DNA of 64,000 nt from positions 9,486,001 through 9,550,000 of the forward strand of contig CATNEN010000007.1 of NCBI GenBank assembly GCA_950097015.1, given 5' to 3'. Shown here piece after piece: positions 40,959 through 53,900 of the stretch. Within the stretch, counting starts at the first letter, position 1; each line of letters opens with the position of its first letter. This DNA is from Macrostomum hystrix. Lineage: Eukaryota > Animalia > Platyhelminthes. The position numbers were made by a program, and so were the translations under genes. Below the pieces are notes generated by a model. It was not told the origin of the DNA and searched no databases. It was given only the letters and a program-made list of their open reading frames with translations.

Positions 40959-43900
40959 ATGTCCACATTATCTACAAAAATTGGATCCTTGCCACCTAGG
41001 GCTCCTGGTCGTGACCGAGAGTTTGTACATCACATCAATGAAGAAACCAGAACCAAGCACAAAAAGGAACATGCAAAAGATAACCAGTTAACCCTTTTGG
41101 TAAGTTTTTGCTTTGATTTTACTAGTGTTATATAGCAGGCTCTGTTGGTATTGTTTTTTCTCTTTTTTAGTTTCTAACATTCTATTAAACTAGCTATAAG
41201 CTATCTTTTAAGTTTATAAAACATTAAATCTTACTTAACCTAAGAAGTATTATTTAATATATTTTTTTAAACTACCTTGATTAAGAAGTTCATTACAAAC
41301 ATAAATTTAGCTATTATTCTGGCACTTTTCAGTTTTTAGGTAGCTTGACTATTTTACAATTTAAGAAAAGTTAATTTAGGCCTAAGAAAATTTAGAAAGA
41401 AAATTTAAGAATTGTTAGCTAATATATTAATTAAACTTATATTTTTTTTCTAAATTTAGTTGAAACATATTTTGTGATTTGTCAAACTTTTTTCTTATTA
41501 AAAATGAGAATAACTATTGTAAATGAGAATAATGAGAATTTAAACATATTATGCACTGAAAGTATATAGCTACATTGCCAAAGCATATAGCTACTTAGAC
41601 AAAATCTTAACCCTTAATGTTAGCTAATAGCTATAGAATGTTTTTAATTGGTCAATACCATTGTTTAATAGTAGTAACTAATAAATAAGTTTTAGCCCTA
41701 GGAGCTTGTTGACTAATTCTTTAGAGCTTTAAAGGCACCTGCCACTCTGGAATCTGCAGTGCTGCCCACTGGGCCAGGTCACATGGGCTAATCAGTGATT
41801 TGTCTCTGACCCGACTCACCTAATTTTGCATAGAGGTATATCACAAGTTGTGACCAAGATGTTGAGAGTTTTAATCTTTGGGCTTCTTGAACTTTAATTC
41901 TATAAAATAGTTCCAGTTTTTGTAGGTGTTGTAGTGCTTCTTCTATATTGCACTTTTCTAGTAATTCAACTTCTCTTCTTTAGTAATGCATACTACAAAT
42001 GGTTGGCCTAACTTCTTTATTTATTGTTTTCAGTCACTTAAAGTGACCTATACAATCATTATACCGCACCCATGTTGGGTGGATTGATTCAAACTACTGA
42101 TAGTTTGGGTAGCGTGGCTCTCAACACGATAGTTCTGGCCTTCTGCCAGTAGTGTTCTAGATACTAAATCTAGGCAATTATGGAGACATTGCTCTCAGGT
42201 GTTTCAGACAATTTAGTCAGATAATTCAGGCTCTCTGGCCAGTCTGTACTCGGGCTTTTTCCTGGATCAGTTTTAACGGTTTCCACTCGCTTAGAAATAA
42301 GTAAGGCTTTTTTGAGTATGCTCACAAAGAGACTGAACTGTTTTAGCTCCAATTTAATGGCAGACCAAACAGTTAGCTTCCTATATGAAAGCCCCTCTGT
42401 ATTTCTACCAAAATTCTATTGAATACTCCCAGTATATTTCAGAGGAGTAAAACAAAGATTATGTATAGATATTTGTAGCATATAAAAGAATATATAAAAA
42501 TATTTTGCACTAGTTTGATTTGGCCAATGTGGCCCCTTTACATAGGTTCATAAATCTGTGTCCATATGGGTTTTAGGGGTGCTGAGTTTAGAAAAGAAAA
42601 CCATTTCGTTTCATTTACAAATATTTTCTATAGAATGACTTCCTATCACAGGATGACCAGACTTAGTGGGACATGGTCTACTAAAGATTTGAGGAGCAAT
42701 TTTAGTTGGGTATTTTTGTTGGATGATAACAAATATATCTGATTAAACTTCAATAGAATCTAATGGGCTAATGGGCTCTACTGAATGAAAAAGATACCAT
42801 GTCCATGATGAAAATGATTGCACCAACTAGATTTTTGCAATATAGCTCATCATTATTTGTCTATTTATTCAAAAAAATTAGTCACTAAAATTTGGTAAAA
42901 TTGCAGGCTATTTAAACTTATTCTAATGGGTCTACAACCTGCTAGAATACAGTGGTTTTGAATTAAAATTGAAAACCTAAAGTACTTTTTATAGGATTAA
43001 AGTTCAAGAAGCCCAAATCCTTGAGCATGAAACTTACTTCCATAGCTGGGCCTATTGCTATAGCTCACCTAGCTGCGAACTGGGTACCAGCATTAGTTGG
43101 TATTATTGGATAGCAGCTTCCTTAGCCATGGACTGAGTCACTGCATATCCTGTAGAAACATAGTATAATATTTGTAACATCATGACTAATTGCCAATTAG
43201 GCTAGGTTTTGTTTCTTTTTTATCTTACTTTTCAGACCTTTTTAACTATTTTAAGCAAAAAGGTCAAATTAACAAATAAATCTAAATTAAATTTAATTAG
43301 CTGCAAATTTAATTACCAAAAAATTTACTCATTTTACTCATACTCATACAGTTGTAGAGCAAGTATAAGTTCCTATAAATTTTGCAAGGAATATAAGAAT
43401 TTAACCAAAAAGCTCCATCTAGTCAGCCATGTTGCTAGAGTTAACGTGAAGCTCTCATTGCCTTTTTCGTATTCTTTAGGACTTCAAGCCGCAGGAGCCA
43501 ATCGATTATGAGCTGTTTGTCACCAAGAATCGAACCATCCTGTCAAACGATCCCCACCGCGAGCTGGTTCTCATTCCCATCGATGACATCATCGTGAGTA
43601 ATGGCTGATTGGGGAGGGCTGGCTGTGTCAGAAAACTGACCGCTCGCTGTCAAAACCGCCGAATCTCCCCGCACAGGGCAACGAAATCGAACGGCCCCGC
43701 CTTCAACTGGGCGAGCCGGCCGCACCGACCCAGCCGACAAGCCCACCTTCGCCTTCTCCGTCTCCAGCCTCGCCGTCTCCAGCTTCGCCGTCTCTGACTC
43801 TCGCCGGATCGACGTTGACGGCGCCGCCGCCCGGCCAGCTGACGGATCGCTGCCTACGCGCCCTGTCCGCCAATTATTACGATGTGTCGTACAGGTTCGC

Positions 43901-46900
43901 CAACTACGGTGCCCCGTGTCACGTGATGTTGGAAAGCGGCCTCGCCAATGGTGGCGTCGAGGTCAACGGCGCCGGCTCTCTGGATCCTCTTCCCTACGAG
44001 ATCGACTTGGAAGCTGCGGCGGCTGACGAAGACGCAGTTGATTCAGAGGAAGCCGATAGTGGCATCAGCGGCGGCCTCTCGGCCGAGCAGCTGTTGAAGC
44101 GGCTGTCTTTTGACTCGGAGACCTCGGTGTCGGCCGCTCGGCAGCGAGATCAGCGGCCCCTGCTGCCGCTGCTGCCCGACCTGCTGCCCCGGCGGCCCTG
44201 GCCGACGCCGCTGGCCTGCGACTCGGCCATCCAGCCGTTGCCAGTACGGCATGAGGCGGCGCTGCGGCTGCTGATAACCTTCCTTGGCTTCGAGACGGAG
44301 CTGCAGGCGCCGGAGGGCGGCAATCCGGAGCCGTTCTTCCTCAGCCTGTGTCTTGTGGATATCGGCGTGAGTGGCTGCGCCTGCGTTAGCAATCTACATA
44401 TTCACAGAATTCAGCATATCTGCCTTAACTGATAGTACAGCAATCTCAACCCTTGAAATAAAAAGTCCCGGAACCCCGCCGCCATCCTGCCCTCCCCCCG
44501 TCAGTCGGAGTGCGCCCTGTCCGAGCGGTTCTACTGGTGCCCGCCCGGCGCCGTCAACCAGCTGGCGCAGGAGCCGTTCCGCGTGCGCGACTCAGCCCAG
44601 CCGCACCCGGACCGTGCGGACGCCAGGCCCGGCCCGCCAGCCAATCAGAGCGTCCGCAGCTGCGTAGCCACGCTGTCCCGACCCGCTAGCTCGCGGATCT
44701 GCCTGCTGATCCGGGCGGACAAAGTGCTGCAGGGACCGCCGGCCTCCTGCGCCGATCGTTACGCCGGCCGGCTGGACGCCAAAGCCGGCGCCGCGGCGCA
44801 GAAGGCAGCCCGGCCGTTTTGCAACCACCTCGGCCACTACCGGCAGCCCTTCGGCTGGGCTTTTCATCCGCTGTTTACAGAGGCCGGCCAGCTCAGCCCG
44901 TGTCCGCGCGGCCTGCCGCTCTACAGGCACGATCCGGCCCGAGCCAGCGATGCCGACCTCATGCGCTGCCTCCGAGAGTACGGACAGAGGTGAGCAGTGC
45001 TCTGCCTTCATCCAACTCACTCACCTCATCAGTGATTGTTTCCTCACCCGACTCCCCTAAGAGTCCAAGTAAGTGAATAAGGCTTGTAGATTTGAATGAT
45101 CAAGTCGCAAAAAATTGAATTCGCTAATATTTATGATGATGGGCAGCAAGCAGGCATCTCTAAGTAGGATGGGCCCGGCAGCACTCAACTTCGATTGCGT
45201 AACCCCGAGAATTTTTTATAGAATCCGTAAATACGTGGGCCTGGCTTACGTCATCGATGACTACCCGGTCACGCACTGCGGTCGCTAATGAGTGACAAGT
45301 TGCTGCTTCATAATCTCGGCTATCTAAGCTCTGCCTCGACTCCCAGTCTCTTCTCCCTCACATGATCACATCTCTGCGCCTCCCATTCTGTTTTCTGTAA
45401 CTGAGAGTTCTACTTCTGTCCTTCTCATAGTTTCTTCCCTCCCAGTTTCCCCCCCAGTTTCTCTTTTTTCTATTCTCCCCAAGGGAAGAAATTTCCTACC
45501 TTCTGTCTTACTCCCGGGTTCTCCTCTCTCAGATTCTCCCCTCCCAGATTCTCCCTTCCCAGATTCTCCCCTCCCAGATTCTCCCTTCCCAGATTCTCCC
45601 CTCCCAGATTCTCCCTTCCCAGATTCTCCCTTCCCGGGTTCTCCCCTCCCGGGTTCTCCCCTCCCGGGTTCTCCCCTCCCGGGTTCTCCCCTCCCGGGTT
45701 CTCCCCTCCCGGGTTCTCCCCTCCCGGGTTCTCCCCTCCCGGGTTCTCCCCTCCCAGATTTTCCACTCCTAGACTCTCCCTGCGGATTTTCCCCTCTTAT
45801 ATTCTCCCCTTCCAGATTCTCCCCGTCCAGTCTTCCCCTCATCTTAGCTAATTAATGATTCATTTCTTAATATATTATAAAGTTATATTATATATATTTT
45901 TTCTCTTTCTTGATAATGCAATTACGATGCAACAGATATAGCCTTCAAATTTCCACCAATAAATAAGTAGTGTGGTAAATAATTTGAGAACTTTGCTCCC
46001 TTGCATTGCTTAATTGAAGCTGTGATGAATTGAAATTAACTGACGAAGCATGCGAAATTCAGGTTGGAAATATTTTGTATCAAAATCCCCTCAGACCGGA
46101 GCGCCTGGCCAGCAAGTTTCCGCAGATTCCAATGCGATCTTTCTGCATCACCGTGCAGAGCGTCAAGGACCTGCCCGCCAACGGATTCAGTGAGCTGCTG
46201 GGGAGAGGGTTTGATAATGGGTATGATAATTAGGTAATGTTTTGATAGTTGATGGATGAGATTTTGAATATTGTGAGAGCTGATGTGTGAGATTTTGAAT
46301 GTTGTAAGAGCTGATGGGTGAGATTTTGAATGTTGTGAGAGCTGATGAGTGAGATTTTGAATGTTGTGAGAGCTGGGTGAGATTTTGAATGTTGTGAGAG
46401 CTGGGTGAGATTTTGAATGTTGTGAGAGCTGGGTCAAATTTTGAATGTTGTGAGAGCTGGGTGAGATTTTGAATGTTGCAAGAGCTGGGTGAGATTTTGA
46501 ATGTTGCAAGAGCTGGGTGAGATTTTGAATGTTGTGAGAGTTGACTGTCAGCTGTCGGTTTCGCACCTGCAGGCCTGTACTCCAGCAGCCTGCTGCCTGT
46601 GGTGTCGGACCAGGCAGCGCCGGAGCCGCCGTCCGCTGCTGAGTCGGCTCTGGAGCTGGAGGAGTTCACCGTGTCGGACTCGGAGGCCGCCCTCTACGCT
46701 GTGCCGGAGCCAGCCTTCAAGCACAGCCTGTTTGTGTATCCGCGCCAGCTTAACTACGACAAGTGCCAGGGCATGTTCGGCCGGGCGCGCAACCTGTCTG
46801 TGTTTGTGGAGCTGCGCGACTGCGACGACGAGCTGGCCACGCCGATTCGCGCAGTCCGCGCCCGATTCCGGCCGGACGGAGTGGCCTGGTCGAGCTGGGC

Positions 46901-47565
46901 CAACACCACCGTCAGCTATCATGACGAGACGCCCACCTTCTCTGACGAGATTAAGGTTTGCTTAGAGCTGCAATTTTTTGCTTAATTTTGGGTATTTTTC
47001 GTCAGCAAGCCTTCATTTTTGAAATGGTGCCAAAACTCGGAATTCATTTTGGCGCGAAAATTATCTAATTAAAAATCTGTGTCACTATGTACACTGATCA
47101 CTATATATTTAAACTCGTATATTGGTACCCAAGCTTGACCTTTTGTTTATTGTTACTGCTTCTGACTGATTTCCTAGCCAAGCCGACCCAAAATTGTTTG
47201 CCAAAGACTATATTTAGAACTTGTTCGTTTAGGGCTAATGTGCAACCAGCACGAATTCAGAAACCCCCTCCTTTGGTCCTCCTGCAGCTGAGCCTACCCC
47301 TGGCCATTTCCTCCCGGCACCATCTGTTCTTCAAAATCCTCCACGTCTCTTGCGACGCCGCCGGCAAAGCCGACAAGTCCAAGGACCGCGGCGGCAACCT
47401 GGCCAAGGAGTCCAAGGTGGGCTACGCCTGGCTGCGGCTGCGCGACGCCCGCACCCAGCTGCTGTCCAGCGGCGAGGTCCTCCTGCCTGTGTCCGTCAAC
47501 CTGCCAACCGGCTACCTGGACAAGCCGCCGGTCTGTCTGTCTGTCTGCCTGTCTGCCTGTCTGCC

Positions 47566-47598
<33 letters not shown>

Positions 47599-47837
47599 GC
47601 CTGTCTGCCTGCCTGCCTGCCTGCCTGTCTGTCTGTCTGTCTGCCTGTCTGCCTGCCTGTCTGTCTGCCTGTCTGTCTGCCTGCCTGTCTGCCTGTCTGC
47701 CTGTCTGTCTGTCTGTCTGTCTGTCTGACTGTCTGCCTGTCTGCCTGCCTGCCTGCCTGCCTGTCTGTCTGTCTGTCTGCCTGTCTGCCTGCCTGTCTGT
47801 CTGCCTGTCTGTCTGCCTGCCTGTCTGCCTGTCTGCC

Positions 47838-47878
<41 letters not shown>

Positions 47879-47901
47879 GCCTGCCTGCCTGTCTGTCTGC
47901 C

Positions 47902-47942
<41 letters not shown>

Positions 47943-50900
47943 GCCTGTCTGCCTGTCTGCCTGTCTGTCTGTCTGTCTGTCTGTCTGCCTGTCTGTCTGT
48001 CTGTCTGCCTGTCTGTCTGCCTGTCTGCCTGTCTGTCTGTCTGTCCCCTGTTTATCCAGTTTCCATCCCACGCCCGCAGCAATCCTCCGACCTGCAGTGG
48101 GTTGACGGCGGCCGTCCGGTGTTTCGCGTCGCCCTCCGGCTCGCTTCCTCCGTCCAGACCTCGGAGCCGTGCATGCAGAAGTTCTTCATGGCCTCTGAGG
48201 TGGCCCTCGGCTGCCGCCCGCAGCAGCGGGAGGAGGATGACGTGGCCGGCCGCCTGGCAGCGCTGGCCCAGACTCCGCGCCACATTGCCATCCGCTTCCT
48301 CATACCGCTGCTTGGCCAGCTGATTCGGCTCATGGCTAGTAAGCAGTGCCCTGAGCGCCTGCGCGTGGTTGCCATGACAACCGGTATCCACTTGGTGGCC
48401 GCGTGCTGCGACCCCAACGACCTGCCGGAGCGCATCCAGGCCGCGGAGACGTCTGGCAGTAACGGCACGTTGTCGCACGCAGCAGCTCCCGCAATCGGAA
48501 CATCGTCAAATTCTGCATCTGCACTGTCGGCATCGGCAACGTCGGGCACATCAGCAACTGCGGGCGGCGGAAGCGGTCACATTCACGAGCGCCTAGCGGA
48601 GCGGACTAGGCGGCTCTTCCACGCCTACGTGAAGTTCACCTGCCTGCACGACCTGTTAGACGGCCAACCGGTGCACGAGGAGCTCGTCAGCGTCGCGTAC
48701 GACACACTGAAGCCGGGAGCCTCGGATGCCCTGACGCTGACCAGATTTCTCAGCGGCGCCTGGTTCTTCCTCGGACTGCTGGCCAAGGCGATGGGCGAGA
48801 GTCTGGTCCGGTCAGGTCGCTTCAAGGTGAGAAATTTGTCCTCGATGAGATGCGATGGAGTAGAGTATAGAGGCGATGGAGTAGAGTATAGAGGCGATGG
48901 AGTAGAGTAGAGAGGCGATGGAGTAGAGTAGAGAGGCGATGGAGTAGAGTAGAGAGGCGATGGAGTAGAGTAGAGAGGCGATGGAGCAGAGTAAAGAGGC
49001 GATGGAGTAGAGTAGAGAGGCGATGGAGTAGAGTAGAGAGGCGATGGAGTAAAGTATAGAGGCGATGGAGTAGAGTAGAGAGGCGATGGAGTAGAGTAGA
49101 GAGGCGATGGAGTAGAGTAGAGAGGCGATGGAGTAGAGTGGATGGACGCAAGGAGGGCTGGCAAGCGCAGTTGTTTATGTCGAGTTGCGGAGCTCCAGCT
49201 GCCCGCCCCAACCTCCGCGCCGCAGATGAGTCGCAGCGAGCGCTTCTCGGACGTGTTCCGCTACAAGGTACAGAACCTGGTGTCGGTGCTGGCCTCACAA
49301 ATTCACTCCGCCTGCCGTCTGGACACCCGCGGCCTCGCCGACTCGCTGGAGCTGCGGCCGGCCGGCCGAGCCAACCAGGCCCTGGCCGTATTCCTGCGCC
49401 GCCTACTGTCCATGATGGACCGCGGCTTCGCCTTTCAGCTCGTCAACGTGTACTGCTCCACTGTCAGGTTGGCCAGCCGCGAGTGGTTTGAATAGTTTCA
49501 ATTCCATCAGAACCCATTATCACCTAACTAGTAATTAGCTAGCCCGTTCATTATACTTCCTTTGCGATTTCCAAAACCCAATTGCCCTTTTCCCTAACTC
49601 TCCCATTTCTCTCATTTTATTGTTATTTCCCTAACCATTTTTTTCCCCAAAATATTTTCCTATTTCCCAAATTCGATTGTCATTTCCCAAATCCCATTGT
49701 TATGCTCTTTCAGATTTAAATCCCTGTATCGCCTGTTCCCTTAAAAGTCGCAGAAATTTTTTCTAAATTTCCCTATTCGCTTCATTAGTCCCGAATACCC
49801 TCATTTGGTTCTCCTCAGGTACGGCCAGCTTCGAGTCCACTTTCTCGACGTGCTTTGCCAGCACGAGCACTACGTGCCGCTCAACCTGCCGCTTGTCAAG
49901 CACCGGCTGCTCAAAGGTAAGCCGTGCGTTTGAGCACACTGCCATTTTCGTTAGTTTAGTGATTTCGTTGTTCATCCCTTGCCTCTTCTCTCTTTCTCTT
50001 CTCCCCTGCCCTCTTCATTTTCTCCCCTTCCCTCTTCATATTCTCCCCTTCCCTCTTCATATTCCCCCTTCCCTCTTCATATTCCCCACTTCCCTCTTCA
50101 TATTCTTCCCTTCCCTCTTCATATTCCCCACTTCCCTCTTCATATTCCCCACTTCCCTCTTCATATTCCCCACTTCCCTCTTCATATTCTCCCCTCCCCT
50201 CTTCATATTCCCCACTTCCCTCTTCATATTCTTCCCTTCCCTCTTCATATTCCCCACTTCCCTCTTCATATTCCCCACTTCCCTCTTCATATTCCCCACT
50301 TCCCTCTTCATATTCCCCACTTCCCTCTTCATATTCCCCACTTCCCTCTTCCTCATTTTTCCCTTCGCTGTTCCCCTGCACCCTATTTTTCTCCTTCATT
50401 TCTTCCACCTGCCCTCTTTCTAGCCAGTGTAGCCTTTGTGTTTTTCTACTCGCAATAGTATCCACAGATCTCACTCACTAGGACTCAGTGTTCGCATCTG
50501 CCAGTTGTGGTTATGTAATCCTGTTCTCATAATATCAATATTTATGTTATTATTCCAGGCGGCGATGCCAATACGGCTGAGAAGCCGCGGCAGTCAGGTA
50601 AAAACTAAACTGAATCACAATCAGCCACGATGTAACACGCTTAACTGCATAATAATTATCCTGATAACTAACTGCGCTATCCCTGCTTTTCCGCTAATAT
50701 GTGCATCCAACTGATTCGGGAGACTCTTTGCTCACTAGCCTACTGTTAGTAGTTAGTCTGATTAAACCGCTGTTAAACATAACTAACTGCGAATCGCTAA
50801 TTGCATACGAATTCAGCTGCTGGGGCTCGCCGCAGTTCACTGCTCACTGCTCACTGCAGATAGGTAAGTCAGCTGGCACTGGCTGGCAGCAGCAGCAGCA

Positions 50901-53900
50901 GCAGCAGCAGCCTCTACGTTTCTGGCCGCTTCGAGGCAAGGTACAAATTATCCCTAGGCTATATCCTGTGGTCAGGAAATTATTTCCTTTGTCAGCAATC
51001 GCATGAATCTGCTAATTTCCTGTTGCATTTTTTCATATAAAATTTCTTCTCTTTGTACTTGCAAAGTTGAAGCTCTGGTTTCCAAATCATTGTTGTCAGG
51101 GGCTGCCTACAGTTATACCGCGTGGCGTCTTCATCTTCATCATCAGAGACTTGATTTTACAATCGTGTGTGAATTCTTCATTTTCCTTTATTGCATGATT
51201 TTTGCCCAGCTTTTGGCCTTCTATAAGAAAAATATTATTCTTTGATATATCTGAGTGCTTTGACCCTTTTCAAAACACCAGCCTATTGACCAATCGTAGT
51301 TGTCCTTAGCAATAAGAATTTCCATATAGGCGACCATACTATTGACATTGACAACCGTACTGTTGATATTGACAACCACACTATTAACTTTGGCAGAGTG
51401 GCGAGTTATTGAATACGGATCCTTTTTGCAATTTTAACACGTCACTCTAACAAATTCAAATCGCACAGCTTTGCCCTTGTTGCTAGGCAACGGCAGCTAA
51501 ACTCCAGCTTCTTCCCCTCCCCGCCGCAGAGATGCGCAGCGAGTTCAGCCTCTCCGCCAGCTTCGGCCAGCAGCACTTCTTGATCGGCTGCCTGCTGAGC
51601 CACCTGCAGGCGGTCCTGGGCCAGCACTACGACCTGCGCAAGCGGGCCATCCGCAGCTTGCGCCAGCTGCTGTGCAAGCATGCCGTGGACTGCCGCTACC
51701 AATCCGCTCCCATGCGCAGCCGGGTGGCCGCCCTGTACCTGCCGTTCGTCTCACTGCTGGTGGATCTCAAGCATCGCCTCGTGGCCCCAGCGCCCGCCCC
51801 CGCCCCCGCTGCCGCCGCCGCCGTTGCCGGAGTTGCCGCAAAGCTTTCCGGCGTCCACATGCGCCGGCCGCCGAGCGACACCAGCTTCCACCTGTCCATG
51901 CTGGACAACGGCGTCGGCGGCGGCCTCCGCCCGGCCTCCTCGGCTAGCCTGGTGCGCCAGTCGGCTGCGGCTGCCGGCATCGGCGAGGGTGGCGGCTCCG
52001 GCAGCAGCGGTATGCTCAGCCGCAAAGGCAGCGTGATTAGCGGGCACGCCAGTCAGCACAGCAGCGGTGCTTCGGTTGATCCGGACATTCTCAACAAGAT
52101 TGCCGGCTTTGGTGAGGCCTGCTTCAAATCCGCTTCTGGGCGCTTATCAGTGATCAGCTTTTAATTGCCCCACTTCCCTTTAGGACTTGATTACCTCCTG
52201 CACCAGATCCTCTGGTATCAATTCCCTGCACCATCAGATACTCCGGTATCAATTCCCTGCACCACCAGATCCTCTGGTATCAATTCCCTGCACCATCAGA
52301 TACTCCGGTATCAATTCCCTGCACCACCAGATCCTCTGGTATCAATTCCCTGCACCATCAGATACTCCGGTATCAATTCCCTGCACCATCAGATCCTCTG
52401 GTATCAATTCCCTGCACCATCAGATCCTCTGGTATCAATTCCCTGCACCATCAGATACTCCGGTATCAATTCCCTGCACCATCAGATCCTCTGGTATCAA
52501 TTCCCTGCACCACCAGATCCTCTGGTATCAATTCCCTGCACCATCAGATACTCCGGTATCAATTCCCTGCACCATCAGATCCTCTGGTATCAATTCCCTG
52601 CACCATCAGATCCTCTAGTATCAATTCCCTGCACCATCAGATCCTCTGGTATCAATTCCCTGCACCATCAGATACTCCGGTATCAATTCCCTGCACCATC
52701 AGATCCTCTGGTATCAATTCCCTGCACCATCAGATCCTCTGGTATCAATTCCCTGCACCATCAGATACTCCGGTATCAATTCCCTGCACCACCAGATCCT
52801 CTGGTATCAATTCCCTGCACCATCAGATACTCCGGTATCAATTCCCTGCACCATCAGATCCTCTGGTATCAATTCCCTGCACCATCAGATCCTCTGGTAT
52901 CAATTCCCTGCACCATCCGATACTCAGGTATCAATATTCCCTGCACCACCAGATCCTCAGGTATCAATTCCCTGCACCACCAGATCCTCAGGTATCAATA
53001 TTCCCTGCACCACCAGATCCTCAGGTATCAATTCCCTGCACCATCAGATACTCCGGTATCAATTCCCTGCACCATCAGATCCTCTGGTATCAATTCCCTG
53101 CACCATCAGATCCTCTGGTATCAATTCCCTGCACCATCAGATACTCCGGTATCAATTCCCTGCACCACCAGATCCTCTGGTATCAATTCCCTGCACCATC
53201 AGATACTCCGGTATCAATTCCCTGCACCATCAGATCCTCTGGTATCAATTCCCTGCACCATCAGATCCTCTGGTATCAATTCCCTGCACCATCCGATACT
53301 CAGGTATCAATATTCCCTGCACCACCAGATCCTCAGGTATCAATTCCCTGCACCACCAGATCCTCAGGTATCAATATTCCCTGCACCACCAGATCCTCAG
53401 GTATCAATTCCCTGCACCATCAGATCCTCAGGTATCAATTCCCTGCTCCATCAGATCCTCAGGTATCAATATTCCATGCACTACCAGATACTAAGGTCTT
53501 GTTTTATTTGTGTCATCTCCGCAGGCAAAATGCTTTGTAGATCATTTTTTTCTGAGGATTTGGCTTGGCTTTTAGGTTTTAGAAGTTTGGAAGCTAGTCC
53601 CACATAGGTGTTTAGCATGGCTATCAGGCTAATCAGGCTATTAGCATGGATGTGAATGAATGAAAAACGCTGAATGCCACCGGCAGACCTGCTGGCCAGC
53701 CACCAGCAGCGCAGGAGGAGCAGTCTGGCGGCAGTGTCGGCCTCTTCACTGGGAGGCTGCAGCGATGACGGTAATCCCACCGTAGAGCGATCTGTTTTGC
53801 CCCGCTCCTTGATTGCATTGAGCTCATTTATATTTGCTCTCACTACTGCAATAAGTAGACAGTTGTGCAAGTTGATTTTCCTCTGTTTTCATTATTCATT

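Noticed and set aside
45366-45842. Collagen-like GEPGR repeat ORF
   Set aside because: A 15-bp intronic minisatellite with 5-residue period, not Gly-X-Y.
47294-48478. 394-aa QTDR-repeat ORF and related CLSV-repeat ORFs
   Set aside because: A tetranucleotide microsatellite plus the antisense shadow of DOCK exons.
52165-53607. 480-aa ORF
   Set aside because: Entirely the intronic 31-bp repeat read through rotating frames.
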